Shown: positions 28,446 to 38,529 of the stretch, in pieces
Layout: every line of letters starts with the position of its first letter
Numbering within the stretch: position 1 is the first letter of the stretch
Notes under the pieces: generated by a model
What the model saw: only the letters and a program-made list of their open reading frames with translations
What the model was told of the DNA's origin: nothing
The model's database searches: none
Assembly: GCA_903854475.1 (NCBI GenBank)
Contig: CAINWP010000207.1
Coordinates: 7,111 to 71,110, forward strand
Reading direction: 5' to 3'
Length of the DNA: 64,000 nucleotides
Origin: an uncultured Verrucomicrobiota bacterium
Lineage (GTDB): Bacteria; Verrucomicrobiota; Verrucomicrobiia; Limisphaerales; UBA9464
Program-made: the position numbers and the translations under genes

Positions 28446-28532
28446 TGGTTGGAGAACCATTAGCCTCTTCGGTGGGGTCTGTGTCCTCCGGAGTGGTTTT
28501 TCTCTCCTACGACCACCGAACTCAATTATCAA

Positions 28533-28563
28533 GGCCCGGCCGGAACAGTGTCCGGACCGGGCC
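28533..28563. terminator. Strong GC hairpin between convergent scpB and the 152-aa gene (bidirectional terminator candidate)
   Basis: ggcccggccgga-acagtg-tccggaccgggcc: 12-13 bp stem with one bulge. Confidence 0.5.
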
Positions 28564-28580
28564 TGAATTGCCTCAAGTCT

Positions 28581-29039
28581 TCAGCCCTCGACCGCCGGTT
28601 GGCCCGCTCCGCCTTGCGGGGGTTGTTGGGCCTGTACCACCGGAATTGGGAAACGCAGTTTCATGACGTCATCCACCAGCACTTCGATGGTGTAAACGCC
28701 GGCTTCCTTGAATTCGACATTGGCCATTACGCTCACGGTTGTCATCGCTTGGACTGGATCAGCCAACTGGAACTTCACGGAGTTCTGACGCAGCGCAGTG
28801 CTTCCATCCGGTGCAATGAGTCGGACTACTTCGGTGAATTGCCCGATGCCGGCTACCCAGCGGTTGAAAACGCACAGCTTGAAAGCGGTGATCGGCAACT
28901 GGGGTACCCGAACCAGACCGATGATGCCGATCAGGATAAAATTGCCATTGGACTCTTGCTTCACGTCCTCGCAGAGGAGCGAGCACTGGAGGTCGGGAAG
29001 GATGCGATTCGGTTTCATTCTGGGTGCGGAGGAGACCAA
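28581..29039 (-). CDS. Hypothetical conserved small protein
   Basis: Balanced amino-acid composition (LCEDVKQESNGNFILIGI...), unlike the antisense ORF 28548..29294. Alternative start at ATG 29018. No motif recognised. Confidence 0.5.
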   Translation of the reverse strand: MVSSAPRMKPNRILPDLQCSLLCEDVKQESNGNFILIGIIGLVRVPQLPITAFKLCVFNRWVAGIGQFTEVVRLIAPDGSTALRQNSVKFQLADPVQAMTTVSVMANVEFKEAGVYTIEVLVDDVMKLRFPIPVVQAQQPPQGGAGQPAVEG

Positions 29040-29263
29040 CCCGAAGCCTTTGGGTCAAAGCCAATCCGGACTTGGCGCAGTTGCTTTTATTGCATATCGC
29101 AAGATGCACTGCGTATTGCCGCGGGAGGTATGGGCCGAGACGAGGGGCGTCGAGTTTCTCTGGAGGGCTATGTTGGTTTCTTGAAATTGAAGGGTGGGGA
29201 ATTCTGCTGGAAGCAAGGTTTTTGCCTCATTGATGTGCAGTGGTTTCGTTTTCTGTCGGGATA

Positions 29264-30541
29264 TCAGACCTTGGGCTTCCAACCCGGGCGATAGTTGCGA
29301 CCCCAGAGTGCTGAGGCGGCGGGATCCCGGCGCAGAGAGCGGCTTTTGGGATCGAGGTGAAGGGAGTGTCCGGTGCGCCAGGCGATGTTTCCCAGATGGC
29401 AGAGCAGGGTGCTCTTCTGGCCCTCCTCAATTTCCGAATTAAGGAGGGTGTTACCGCGGATCGCTTCGATGAAATTAAGGAAGTGGTCAGAGTCCCGGCG
29501 GGGGGCTTGACCTTCACGGACCGTCTTGCCCTTGTCGTCGATTTGTTTCCATCCGCTGTCCAGCAGTAGGAAAGCGCCTCCCTCTCCCAAGAACTCGACA
29601 CCGACACCCACTCCGTAATGGCCGCGCGGATTGCAGCTGTGACATTCCCAAGTGATCTGGCTAGAACCAAACTCGTAGGAAGCCTGAATGGTGTCGGGTG
29701 TTTCCTGATCGTCTTGGAAGTAGTAGCGACCTCCGGTGCAACTCACTTGGGTGGGACAGTCCACGCCGAGTCCCCAGCGCGCGAGGTCGAGGAAATGGGG
29801 CCCGTTGTTGGCCAATTCACCGCCACCCCAGTGCCAGCGCCAGTGCCAGTTGTAGTGGACGACGTTGTCGCGGTAGGGGAGTTCCGGGGCGGGGCCTTGC
29901 CAGAGAGAGTAATCGAGCCATTCCGGCACCGGAGCGGGCTTGCCGTGGCCGATGGTAGAGCGGTCCGCAGTGTACCAGGTACGTGCAGCATGGAGTTTTC
30001 CGATGATACCGCCATGGAGTTCATCCATCGCCTCGCGGACAAGAGTCCAACTGCGTCGTTGGTTTCCCATCTGAACCAGGCGCCGGTGTTTTCGCGCTGC
30101 AGCCACCATCCATTGAGCCTCCCGCGCGTTGTGGCTGCCGGGTTTTTCGACATAGACGTGCTTGCCGGCATCGCAGCCCAGGATCGTGGCGGGTGCATGC
30201 CAATGGTTGGGAGCCGCAATGCTAATGGCGTCCAGCGATCGATCGTCGAGCATTCTGCGGAAATCGCTTACCTCCTTCGGACGGCGGCCCGTCTTTTTTT
30301 CTACCCAGTCCGCGGCCTCGGCGGCCGCCCGTCGATCCACATCACAAACAGTCCCGATCACACATCCCGGGACAGTCAGGAAACCCTCTAGATGGGCCTT
30401 GCCCCGGTGCAACCCCATCACTCCCACGGCTACCTGATTGCTGGGTTGTGCTGAGCGGACGGCCTGTGGCAGGAACGCGGATCCGGCCACCCATGCGGTG
30501 GACTGCAGGAAGTGCCGTCGTGACAACTTGGAGGATTGCAT
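29264..30541 (-). CDS. Gfo/Idh/MocA-family oxidoreductase with Tat signal
   Basis: SRRHFLQSTAWVAGSAF twin-arginine leader, Rossmann region VAVGVMGLHRGKAHL and EKP motif (VYVEKPGSHN). Confidence 0.88.
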   Translation of the reverse strand: MQSSKLSRRHFLQSTAWVAGSAFLPQAVRSAQPSNQVAVGVMGLHRGKAHLEGFLTVPGCVIGTVCDVDRRAAAEAADWVEKKTGRRPKEVSDFRRMLDDRSLDAISIAAPNHWHAPATILGCDAGKHVYVEKPGSHNAREAQWMVAAARKHRRLVQMGNQRRSWTLVREAMDELHGGIIGKLHAARTWYTADRSTIGHGKPAPVPEWLDYSLWQGPAPELPYRDNVVHYNWHWRWHWGGGELANNGPHFLDLARWGLGVDCPTQVSCTGGRYYFQDDQETPDTIQASYEFGSSQITWECHSCNPRGHYGVGVGVEFLGEGGAFLLLDSGWKQIDDKGKTVREGQAPRRDSDHFLNFIEAIRGNTLLNSEIEEGQKSTLLCHLGNIAWRTGHSLHLDPKSRSLRRDPAASALWGRNYRPGWKPKV

Positions 30542-30616
30542 TGGAGAGGATTGGATTCATCCCGGGGCCCACGTCCAGACCGAGTTTTGTTTGTGCCTTG
30601 AGGACGCATGTTTTGA

Positions 30617-30950
30617 GACCGCGGCCCGGGTAAACTTTACGTCTGGGACAAGGCTGGCATCGACTTCCATGCCTGGCACCGTTGGAAGCAGCACTGCGGG
30701 CTTTATTTCCTGAGCCTCAAGAAGGAGAGCACGAAGCTCCGCGTGCACTACGTGGAACCTGTCTCGGTCGCCGAGTACCACTTCATCACCCGCGAGATAA
30801 ACCTTCGTCCCGGGTTGGGGCCTTCCTCTAAAAGCTCCGGTGGGATGTGGAAAAGGTGTTCGACGTCCTGAAGAACAAGCTCAACGAAAGGCAAGCTTTG
30901 GCCAACACGGACACCGCCAAGTCAGTGCAGGCTAGCTTGCAGGGGTGCAT
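30617..30950 (+). pseudogene. Decayed DDE (IS4-like) transposase relic: two fragments in different frames, no start codon
   Basis: Hand translation. Frame A (30617-30880): ..GKLYVWDKAGIDFHAWHRWKQHCGLYFLSLKKESTKL.. Frame B (30832-30950): KLRWDVEKVFDVLKNKLNERQALANTDTAKSVQ. These match the D(K/R)GY.D...F..W...G..F..R.K and RW.IE..F..LK..L blocks of IS4-type transposases. Confidence 0.55.
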
Positions 30951-30962
30951 GAATCTAGGGAG

Positions 30963-31613
30963 CTATGGTGTGACTGAAACTTTGGCGCCACCCTCTTCGG
31001 GTTCGTCTTCGTCCACCTCTACGCTGGCTACTTCCGCTCCGATGAAGCGCAGGATTTCAAGTTTTCCAGCGCCGGTCTCAGAGGAGGTTTCAAACATGGG
31101 CGATGCTGAGAGGCCGAGCTGCTGGAAGAGTGCTTCAAATTGCCCGCGCGTCTCTCGCAAAATGGCCGGCTTGGTTTTGTCGACCTTGGTGAAGACTATG
31201 GCAAAATCGATGTCGGCTCCGATAAGCCACTGGACGAAATCTTTGTCGAGTTTCTGCATCGGCAGGCGTGAGTCGATCAGCACGAACACGCGGATGAGGG
31301 ATTCCCGCTGTTCAAGGTAATCGATGATCATCTCCTCGAAGCGCTCCCGAGCAGCTAAGTTCTTCTGTGCGAAGCCGTATCCGGGAAGATCTACTAGGTG
31401 CCAGTCACGGTTGATGAGAAAAAAGTTGAGCGTCTTGGTGTGGCCCGGGGTGGCAGAGACTTTGGCTAGGCCAGCTTGTCCGGTGAGGCGGTTGATGAGC
31501 GAGGACTTGCCTACGTTGGAACGCCCGATGAAGGCGAATTCCGGGACGTCAGGGTCCGGGCATCCATCCAGGTCGGTGGCGCTGATCACGAATTGAGCGG
31601 AGCGAATTTGCAT
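30963..31613 (-). CDS. engB: Ribosome biogenesis GTP-binding protein YihA/YsxC (EngB)
   Basis: FIGRSNVGKSSLIN (G1), DLPGYG (G3) and TKVDK (G4). Confidence 0.93.
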   Translation of the reverse strand: MQIRSAQFVISATDLDGCPDPDVPEFAFIGRSNVGKSSLINRLTGQAGLAKVSATPGHTKTLNFFLINRDWHLVDLPGYGFAQKNLAARERFEEMIIDYLEQRESLIRVFVLIDSRLPMQKLDKDFVQWLIGADIDFAIVFTKVDKTKPAILRETRGQFEALFQQLGLSASPMFETSSETGAGKLEILRFIGAEVASVEVDEDEPEEGGAKVSVTP

Positions 31614-31731
31614 GCAGGATCCTCAGGCGAACGGTAACCAAGGTATCGGGTTTTTTACTCCATGGACATCCCGGATGCAGATTCCCGACAGAGGGGCTCG
31701 CCTCCCGGTCCGTTGAGACTATTTTGTCCGG

Positions 31732-34284
31732 GTGATTAGGGCACTGTTTCATCGGTGGACTTGGCGAATGGCCTGGCGGGAGTCCCGAACCGCTCGGGTT
31801 CGGTTGATTTGGTTTTCCCTGTCGATCTCGCTGGGAGTGGCTGCCTTGGCGGCCGTCGGATCGTTGTCAGCGACGTTGCGTGAGTCGATTGAGGTGCAGG
31901 CCAAAACCTTGTTGGGTGCGGATTTGGTGTTGGCCTCGCGGCAGCCCTTTTCACCGGAAGCGGAGGCGTTGGCTCGGTCCGTGCCCGCTTTAGAGAGGGC
32001 TCGCGAAACGAGCTTTTCCACCATGGCGGTATTTCCTGCGCTGACCAATGCCACGCGGTTGGTCAATGCGAGGGCGTTGGAAGGTGAGTTCCCGTTCTAT
32101 GGTCAACTGGAGTGCCAACCGCCCTCAGCACTGGAGGCATTGCGCCGCGGTGACGGGGTGATCCTCGATTCGAGCGTGTTGTTCCAATTTGGACTGAAAA
32201 TAGGGGATCCAGTTCATATTGGCCGTTGGAAGACCCGCATTCTTGGATCACTGGTGCGGGTGCCCGGAGACACGGTGGCGTTCTCGACACTGGCACCTCG
32301 GGCTTACTTGCCGGCCTCCCGGTTGACGGAGACGGGGTTGCTGGGGGTGGCCAGTCTGGCGCGGTACCGGATGATGTTCCGTTGGCCTGAGGCCGCTGCG
32401 GTGGAGCAATGGTCTGCCACCCATCGAACCGAGTTGCCCGGACTGCGTTTGGAGGCCGACACGGTGGACAAGCGCAAGCAGGACCTGGGTCGAACGCTTC
32501 AGAATCTGAACCGGTTTCTCAATTTGGTGGCGGCGGTCGCATTAATTCTGGGTTCCATCGGGATCGCCAGCGCTCTTCAAGTGCATGTGGGATCCAAACT
32601 GGCGAATGCGGCAATTCTTCGATGTCTCGGGGCAGGGATCGATGCCACGTCAGCCATTTACCTCGCACAAGGTTTGGCTCTGACCACGTTGGGAACCGCC
32701 GTGGGCTTAATCATGGGTGGACTGGTACAACCGCTGATTCCCCGACTGCTGGCGGGTTGGCTGCCAGTCACCTTCGAGGCGCAGTTCCAGTTGCTGCCGG
32801 CCTTGGTCGCAGCCTTGGCGGGCTTCTCGGTGAGTGTGGCCTTCACGTTGTTGCCTTTGGGTGTCGTTCGATCGGTTTCGCCATTGAGTGTGATCCGTGC
32901 CGACTATTCGCGAGGCGACAATTCCGACCGGCGCTGGAGGATTCGGATCGGTTTGGCCATTTTGGCGGGCCTCAGTCTTTTTGCCGCCGTCCAGGCCCGC
33001 AAGCCGTGGGAAGGATTGGCCACGGTGGCCGGACTGCTGGCGGCCTTTGGGGCCTTGGCAGGAGTGGCCCAAATGTTGACTTGGATGGTCCGGAAATGGA
33101 CCCCCGCCACCTGGCCCTTTGCGGTGCGTCAAGGCCTGGCCAGTCTTCATCGTCCCGGCAATCGCACGCTGTTGGTGCTGACCTCGGTCGGTCTGGGAAC
33201 CTTCCTGCTCGTCACCCTCCAGTTAACCCGGGATGTGCTGTTGACCCAGTTGTTTCCCGCCGACCGCTTGCAGCAACCCAACGCCATTCTCTTCGACATT
33301 CAGGCCGATCAACGCGAAGACGTGATCGCGACGGTTCGGGCCGAGGGTTTCCCGGTGCTCGACATGGCTCCCATCGTGACGATGCGCATCGCCTCCCTGA
33401 AGGGTCGGAGTGCGGATAGTTTGCTTGCCGAGACCAATAGCCCCATCCCCGGGTGGACCTTGCGGCGGGAGTATCGGTCCACTTTCCGCGGCAAGTTGGT
33501 CGAATCGGAGCGCTTGATCGCCGGACGGTTTGTGCCGAAGGCCTCCGAAGCCGAGGGCCCGGTACCCATCACCGTGGAGTCGGTCATTGCTCGGGATCTG
33601 GGCCTAAGTGTCGGTGATGCGATCACCTTCGACATCCAGGGAGTGCCGATGGAAACCCGTGTGGCAGGCCTTCGGGAGGTGGATTGGAAACAGGTTCGGC
33701 CCAACTTCTTCGTGGTCTTTCCCGAAGGCGTTTTGGAATCGGCTCCGGCCATGACCGTCTTGGCGACGCGGGTTGCAGATGCGGCCGCCTCGGCCCGTCT
33801 TCAACGATCCCTGGTGGCCCGGTTTCCTAATGTCTCCACCGTCGATTTGACCCTTGTTTTGGAGACCCTGGACCGCGTGGTCACCCAAGCGGGTTATGGC
33901 ATTCGCTTCATGGCACTTTTCACTGTGGTGACCGGTCTGGTGGTGATGGCCGGGGCGATCGTCACCGGTCGTTGGCAGCGGGTGCGTGAGATGGTGCTGC
34001 TGCGGACCTTGGGCGCCAGCCGACGACAGTTGCAGCAGGCGCTGCTGGCCGAGTACGCCTCTCTGGGAGTAATGGGGGCCCTAACCGGGACTCTGCTGGC
34101 CTGTGCCGCTGCCTGGGCTTTGGCTCGATTCGGCTTCCGGACCCCGTTCACCGCGTCACCCCTCATCCTTCTGGGCGCCGTGTTCATTGTGACTACCCTG
34201 ACCGTGGTGGTGGGCTTGTTTTCCAGTCGCGGGATCACCCGCCAGTCTCCGCTGGAGATTTTACGCAGCGAGTCGGTGTCGTGA
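31732..34284 (+). CDS. FtsX-family ABC transporter permease, duplicated (YbbP-like, about 10 TM)
   Basis: 850 aa with two MacB-like periplasmic domains, each followed by FtsX-type TM bundles (LRTLGASRRQL motif). No ATPase gene adjacent. Confidence 0.85.
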   Translation: MIRALFHRWTWRMAWRESRTARVRLIWFSLSISLGVAALAAVGSLSATLRESIEVQAKTLLGADLVLASRQPFSPEAEALARSVPALERARETSFSTMAVFPALTNATRLVNARALEGEFPFYGQLECQPPSALEALRRGDGVILDSSVLFQFGLKIGDPVHIGRWKTRILGSLVRVPGDTVAFSTLAPRAYLPASRLTETGLLGVASLARYRMMFRWPEAAAVEQWSATHRTELPGLRLEADTVDKRKQDLGRTLQNLNRFLNLVAAVALILGSIGIASALQVHVGSKLANAAILRCLGAGIDATSAIYLAQGLALTTLGTAVGLIMGGLVQPLIPRLLAGWLPVTFEAQFQLLPALVAALAGFSVSVAFTLLPLGVVRSVSPLSVIRADYSRGDNSDRRWRIRIGLAILAGLSLFAAVQARKPWEGLATVAGLLAAFGALAGVAQMLTWMVRKWTPATWPFAVRQGLASLHRPGNRTLLVLTSVGLGTFLLVTLQLTRDVLLTQLFPADRLQQPNAILFDIQADQREDVIATVRAEGFPVLDMAPIVTMRIASLKGRSADSLLAETNSPIPGWTLRREYRSTFRGKLVESERLIAGRFVPKASEAEGPVPITVESVIARDLGLSVGDAITFDIQGVPMETRVAGLREVDWKQVRPNFFVVFPEGVLESAPAMTVLATRVADAAASARLQRSLVARFPNVSTVDLTLVLETLDRVVTQAGYGIRFMALFTVVTGLVVMAGAIVTGRWQRVREMVLLRTLGASRRQLQQALLAEYASLGVMGALTGTLLACAAAWALARFGFRTPFTASPLILLGAVFIVTTLTVVVGLFSSRGITRQSPLEILRSESVS

Positions 34285-34399
34285 GTGGGTTTCATGAGAG
34301 AAAGGGGCACGTCAATCTCCTGTCATCCTTGGGTTTACAAGCTGGGGTTGCCCCGATCACAATGCTCCCACGGAAGGCACTTTCGCTAACCGCCCTTGC

Positions 34400-35422
34400 A
34401 TGACCGCCGATATCCGACACGACTGGACTCTCGAGTCCCTCCGCGAACTGTACGACACCCCGTTGATGGAACTGGTGTTCCGTGCGGCGAGCGTGCATCG
34501 GAAGTTCCATGATCCGGCCGAGATGCAGGTGAGCAAACTCATCTCCATTAAGACCGGGGCTTGCCCGGAAGATTGCTCCTACTGCGCTCAATCTTCCCGG
34601 TATTCCACCGGGGTCAGCCCGGAGCGCCTCATGGAAAAGGAGAAGGTGGTGGAGATCGCCAACCGGGCCAAGCAGGCCGGAGTTTCCCGAGTGTGCCTTG
34701 GAGCCGCATGGCGTGAGGTGAAAGACAACGCCCAGTTCGACCGAGTTCTGGACATGGTTCGCGGGGTCACCGACCTCGGCATGGAGGTTTGCTGCACTCT
34801 GGGAATGCTCAACGAGCATCAAGCCAAGCGTCTCGAGGAGGCGGGGCTTTACGCCTACAACCACAACGTTGATTCGTCGGCCGAGTTCTACGAGACCATC
34901 ATCACCACCCGCACTTATGCGGATCGATTGAAGACGCTCGAAGAGGTGCGCAAGACCAACGTGACCTTGTGTTCGGGCGGCATCATCGGCCTGGGCGAGA
35001 CGGTGGATGATCGATTGAAGATGCTGCAGACGCTCCTCCAAATTGAGCCGCATCCGGAATCTGTACCCATCAATATCCTGAGCAAGGTCGCAGGCACTCC
35101 GATGGCCGATAATCCGGATGTGCCCGTCTGGGATGTGATTCGCATGATTGCCACGGCGCGCATTGTCCTGCCGCGATCGGATGTCCGCCTGACCGCCGGT
35201 CGGGTCAAGCTCGACGACACAGCTCAAGCTCTGTGCTTCATGGCCGGAGCCAATTCCATCTTCAGCAGTGAGACCGAATTCATGCTGACGAAGGCCGTGC
35301 CGTCGCCGAGCTATGATCGGGATGCCGAGCTGCTCAAGGCGCTCGGCCTCCGGATGCGGGAGCCCTTCAAACACGGTCGAACCCATCCTGCGCAAGAGAC
35401 CGGTTGCAGCCTAGCGGGTTGA
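34400..35422 (+). CDS. bioB: Biotin synthase
   Basis: [15 protein letters not shown] radical SAM motif, CLGAAWR, YNHN and GGIIGLGET blocks. Confidence 0.95.
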   Translation: MTADIRHDWTLESLRELYDTPLMELVFRAASVHRKFHDPAEMQVSKLISIKTGACPEDCSYCAQSSRYSTGVSPERLMEKEKVVEIANRAKQAGVSRVCLGAAWREVKDNAQFDRVLDMVRGVTDLGMEVCCTLGMLNEHQAKRLEEAGLYAYNHNVDSSAEFYETIITTRTYADRLKTLEEVRKTNVTLCSGGIIGLGETVDDRLKMLQTLLQIEPHPESVPINILSKVAGTPMADNPDVPVWDVIRMIATARIVLPRSDVRLTAGRVKLDDTAQALCFMAGANSIFSSETEFMLTKAVPSPSYDRDAELLKALGLRMREPFKHGRTHPAQETGCSLAG

Positions 35423-35533
35423 GGTCGATGGCGCTGGGCTAAGAGTTTTCGGTGACTCGAGCTCACTAAGTGGGGCTTAAGCTTCCGGGCGGGGATGCCG
35501 ATGCATTCCCATCGCCCGTGTGGCTGATGCCTC

Positions 35534-37441
35534 ATGACTGAACCTCGCGATCCACTCCTAGCTCCTCAACCCGGTCCTGACCGTAGTCCTGACCGTAGCC
35601 ACCCAGCTCGGACTCGGACTGCCGATTTCCGAACCACTTCCCGAGGTGCTCCCCGCACTCGGTTTCAGCGGATGCTCTTTCGTTTGGGTCTTTGGCCTCG
35701 GATGCGCAATCCGTTGTCGTTTCGATCAAGCCTTCTCGTTGCGTTTTTGGGGTTCACGCTACTTCCAATGTTGGTTTTCGGTCCATGGTTGGACCAGGCA
35801 CTCCAGAAGCCTACCAGCGATCCTTCGCTCACCTCGCAGGCCAGTGAGGGTGCTGTAGCCCAGAGCCACTTGGTCGCCATGGACATCGGGCAGAGTCGTG
35901 TCTGGGTGGTCATCGCTGCGCTGCTCCTCCTGGCCATCTCCTTGGCGATAGCGTCGTGGTTGTCTTCCCAATGGACTGGGCCTCTCGATGCGTTGGCTCG
36001 ACGTTTGCGATCCATCGATTCCCAAGAAGGTCCAGAATTTCGGCTGTCTTCGATCCGCTGGGCTCCCGACGAGTTGCAGGAAATTCAAGAAGCCCTCCTC
36101 AGTCTGCGACAACGAGTCTTGCGCAACCTGTCGGAGATTTCGGCGACCCGACAGCAGACAGAGCAGAGTTTGTCGGATCTCATTCGTGTCCGCCAATCGG
36201 TCGAGAATCAGGTGTTGGAGCGAACCCAAGAATTGACCGAGAAACTGCGTTGCGCCGAGAAGTCCGAACGTTCCAAAGGGTTGTTTCTGGCGCAGATGAG
36301 CCATGAGATTCGCACCCCGCTCAACGGCGTGCTGGGGATGCTTCATTTGCTAGAGAAAAGTTCGCTCGACGCAGAACAACGCGATTGGGCGGAGACTCTC
36401 CGTTCTAGCTCCAGCACGTTGCTGAATGTTCTCAATGACAGTCTGGATTACTCGAAGATTGAGGCCGGAAAGATGCGGTTGGCAGTCGACGAATTCGACC
36501 TTCGGACAGTGTTCCAGCGCGTCGGTAAACTCTTCACACCTCGGGCAGACGAGAAAAATTTAGCCCTGGAGGTTCAATTTGATGCTCACCTTCCTGAACG
36601 GGTGAAGGGGGATGCCGATCGATTGGCTCAAGTGGTTTCTAATCTGGTTTCCAATGCCATCCAGTTCACTCAGAGCGGCAGGGTCCGGGTGGCTGTTGTT
36701 CTCACGAGTCGGGATGTGTCTCTGGTCGGGATTCGAATCGAGGTAGAAGACACTGGCATCGGCATGGATTCGGAGACCCAGGCCCGATTGTTTCAGCCCT
36801 ATTTCCAGGCCGACAGTCCGTCACAACGACGAGTGTCGGGCGGAACCGGGTTGGGGCTGGTTATTTCCCGGCAGCTAGTCCAGTTGATGGGCGGGCAAAT
36901 GAGCGTGCGCAGTCGACCCGAGCAGGGGACTCAAATCGCCGTGGATCTGGTATTTCCGGTGGTCGATCCACGGTCTTGCGGGCCGGGTGGTTCGGTGCCC
37001 GCGCCCCCAAAACCCTTCCGCGCGCTGCGGTTGCTGGTGGTGGATGACGATCCCACCAGTCAGAAGTTTATCCGCATTCTGCTGGCTCGGGCAGGTCATG
37101 AAGTTCAGACCCTCGACACGGCTGAGGCCATGCTGTCGGATTGGATTCTGGGGGCGCGCTTTGATGCCGTTTTGCTCGACCTTCAGTTGCCTCAGATGAG
37201 TGGATTGGAGTTGGCTGTCCGACTCCGCGAACTGGAGGCCGCGTCTGTGGTCACAGCGGCTTCCGCTCGATCGGGAACGGTCCGTCCGGGGACCCGAACT
37301 TACCTCATCGCACTCACCGCCAGCGCCCTAGAAGAGGATCGTCGGCAAGCCCTGCAAGCCGGCTTCGATTTATTCCTATCTAAGCCCCTTCGTGTGGTGG
37401 AACTCGAGGGAGCCTTGGAACGCTTGGCTGCTCTGGGTTGA
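35534..37441 (+). CDS. Hybrid sensor histidine kinase/response regulator
   Basis: TM pair plus HAMP-like region, H-box FLAQMSHEIRTPLNG, N/G boxes (NLVSNAIQFT, DTGIGM, GGTGLGL) and C-terminal receiver (LLVVDDD...LLDLQLPQMSG...SKP). Confidence 0.92.
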   Translation: MTEPRDPLLAPQPGPDRSPDRSHPARTRTADFRTTSRGAPRTRFQRMLFRLGLWPRMRNPLSFRSSLLVAFLGFTLLPMLVFGPWLDQALQKPTSDPSLTSQASEGAVAQSHLVAMDIGQSRVWVVIAALLLLAISLAIASWLSSQWTGPLDALARRLRSIDSQEGPEFRLSSIRWAPDELQEIQEALLSLRQRVLRNLSEISATRQQTEQSLSDLIRVRQSVENQVLERTQELTEKLRCAEKSERSKGLFLAQMSHEIRTPLNGVLGMLHLLEKSSLDAEQRDWAETLRSSSSTLLNVLNDSLDYSKIEAGKMRLAVDEFDLRTVFQRVGKLFTPRADEKNLALEVQFDAHLPERVKGDADRLAQVVSNLVSNAIQFTQSGRVRVAVVLTSRDVSLVGIRIEVEDTGIGMDSETQARLFQPYFQADSPSQRRVSGGTGLGLVISRQLVQLMGGQMSVRSRPEQGTQIAVDLVFPVVDPRSCGPGGSVPAPPKPFRALRLLVVDDDPTSQKFIRILLARAGHEVQTLDTAEAMLSDWILGARFDAVLLDLQLPQMSGLELAVRLRELEAASVVTAASARSGTVRPGTRTYLIALTASALEEDRRQALQAGFDLFLSKPLRVVELEGALERLAALG

Positions 37442-37555
37442 GCCCAATCGGCAAATTACAAACCGAGGAATCGCCAGAACTGGGGCGGGTATGGTGAGGT
37501 TCCCTCGACAGCAGGTGTTGGGTGAGCGTAACTTTCACACATTAATTTCCCTGCC

Positions 37556-38518
37556 ATGATCCCCACTTCTCGCTCGGGCTCCCGACTGGCCGTGCTGGCC
37601 AGAATCGTTGCCGTCACCGCCACCCTCGCCATTCACGCTGCTGACCTGTCGATTCCCGGTCGCCGGATCCTCGCTGCCGACGATTCGACTCGGCGTTTGG
37701 CCATTATCGCGCCGGACGGTTCTTTCGAGTGGGAGATCGCTGTCAGCGCTATCCACGATGCGCACGTGTTGCCCAACGGTCATGTGCTCCTTCAACAGGG
37801 GTGGACGAAGGTTCAGGAGGTTGACCGCGACAAAAAGGTGGTCTGGGAATACGACGCGGCGAAGGCCAACCCGGGCAAACCGGTCGAGGTGCATGCCTTT
37901 CAGCGCGTGGAAAACGGCCTAACGATGATCGCTGAATCCGGCCCGGCCCGGATCATCGAGGTGGATCGTGACGGCAAGGTGCAGCGCGAGGTGAAGTTGC
38001 AAGTGGATCATCCCAACGCGCATACCGATACCCGCCGCGTCCGCAAAATCGCCAATGGCAATTACCTGGTGACCCATGAGGCCGACGGCCGGATCCGTGA
38101 ATACGATGCGAAGGGCAAGATCGTCTGGCAGTACGACATCCCTCTCTTCGGCAAGGAGCGCAAGGGCGGCCACGGCCCAGAGGCCTGGGGCAATCAGGCC
38201 TACAGCGCCATCCGCTTAGCTAATGGCAATACCCTCATCGGCGGCGGCAATAGCCACAGCGTGCTCGAGGTGGATCGCGCCGGAAAGATCGTGTGGCAGG
38301 TGAGCCAGAACGATCTCCCCGGTATCACGCTGGCTTGGGTCACTAGTGTGGATCGCCTGCCCAATGGCAACACGCTCATGGGTAACTGCCACGCCGGCCC
38401 GGAAAATCCTCAGTTTATCGAAGTCACCCGAGAGAAGAAGGTGGTTTGGAGCTGGAAGGATTTCACCCGCTTTGGCAACTCGACCCCGGTGGTCGCCGTT
38501 TTGCCTGCGCACAAGTGA
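37556..38518 (+). CDS. Secreted beta-propeller repeat protein (uncharacterised)
   Basis: Signal peptide. Repeated G+VVWEY / GKIVWQY / GKIVWQV / KKVVWSW strand motifs spaced about 45-60 aa apart, with N/LPNGN loops. Confidence 0.6.
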   Translation: MIPTSRSGSRLAVLARIVAVTATLAIHAADLSIPGRRILAADDSTRRLAIIAPDGSFEWEIAVSAIHDAHVLPNGHVLLQQGWTKVQEVDRDKKVVWEYDAAKANPGKPVEVHAFQRVENGLTMIAESGPARIIEVDRDGKVQREVKLQVDHPNAHTDTRRVRKIANGNYLVTHEADGRIREYDAKGKIVWQYDIPLFGKERKGGHGPEAWGNQAYSAIRLANGNTLIGGGNSHSVLEVDRAGKIVWQVSQNDLPGITLAWVTSVDRLPNGNTLMGNCHAGPENPQFIEVTREKKVVWSWKDFTRFGNSTPVVAVLPAHK

Positions 38519-38529
38519 GCTGAGTCTCC

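Noticed and set aside
34321-34345. BirA operator upstream of bioB (GTTTACA half-site at 34333-34339)
   Set aside because: The nearest left half-site candidate, TGTCATC, is only 5 nt away and matches 5 of 7 positions. Canonical sites have about 14-16-nt spacing, so this is not convincing.
34292-35395. 367-aa minus-strand ORF
   Set aside because: It is antisense to bioB, which has an unambiguous radical SAM motif.
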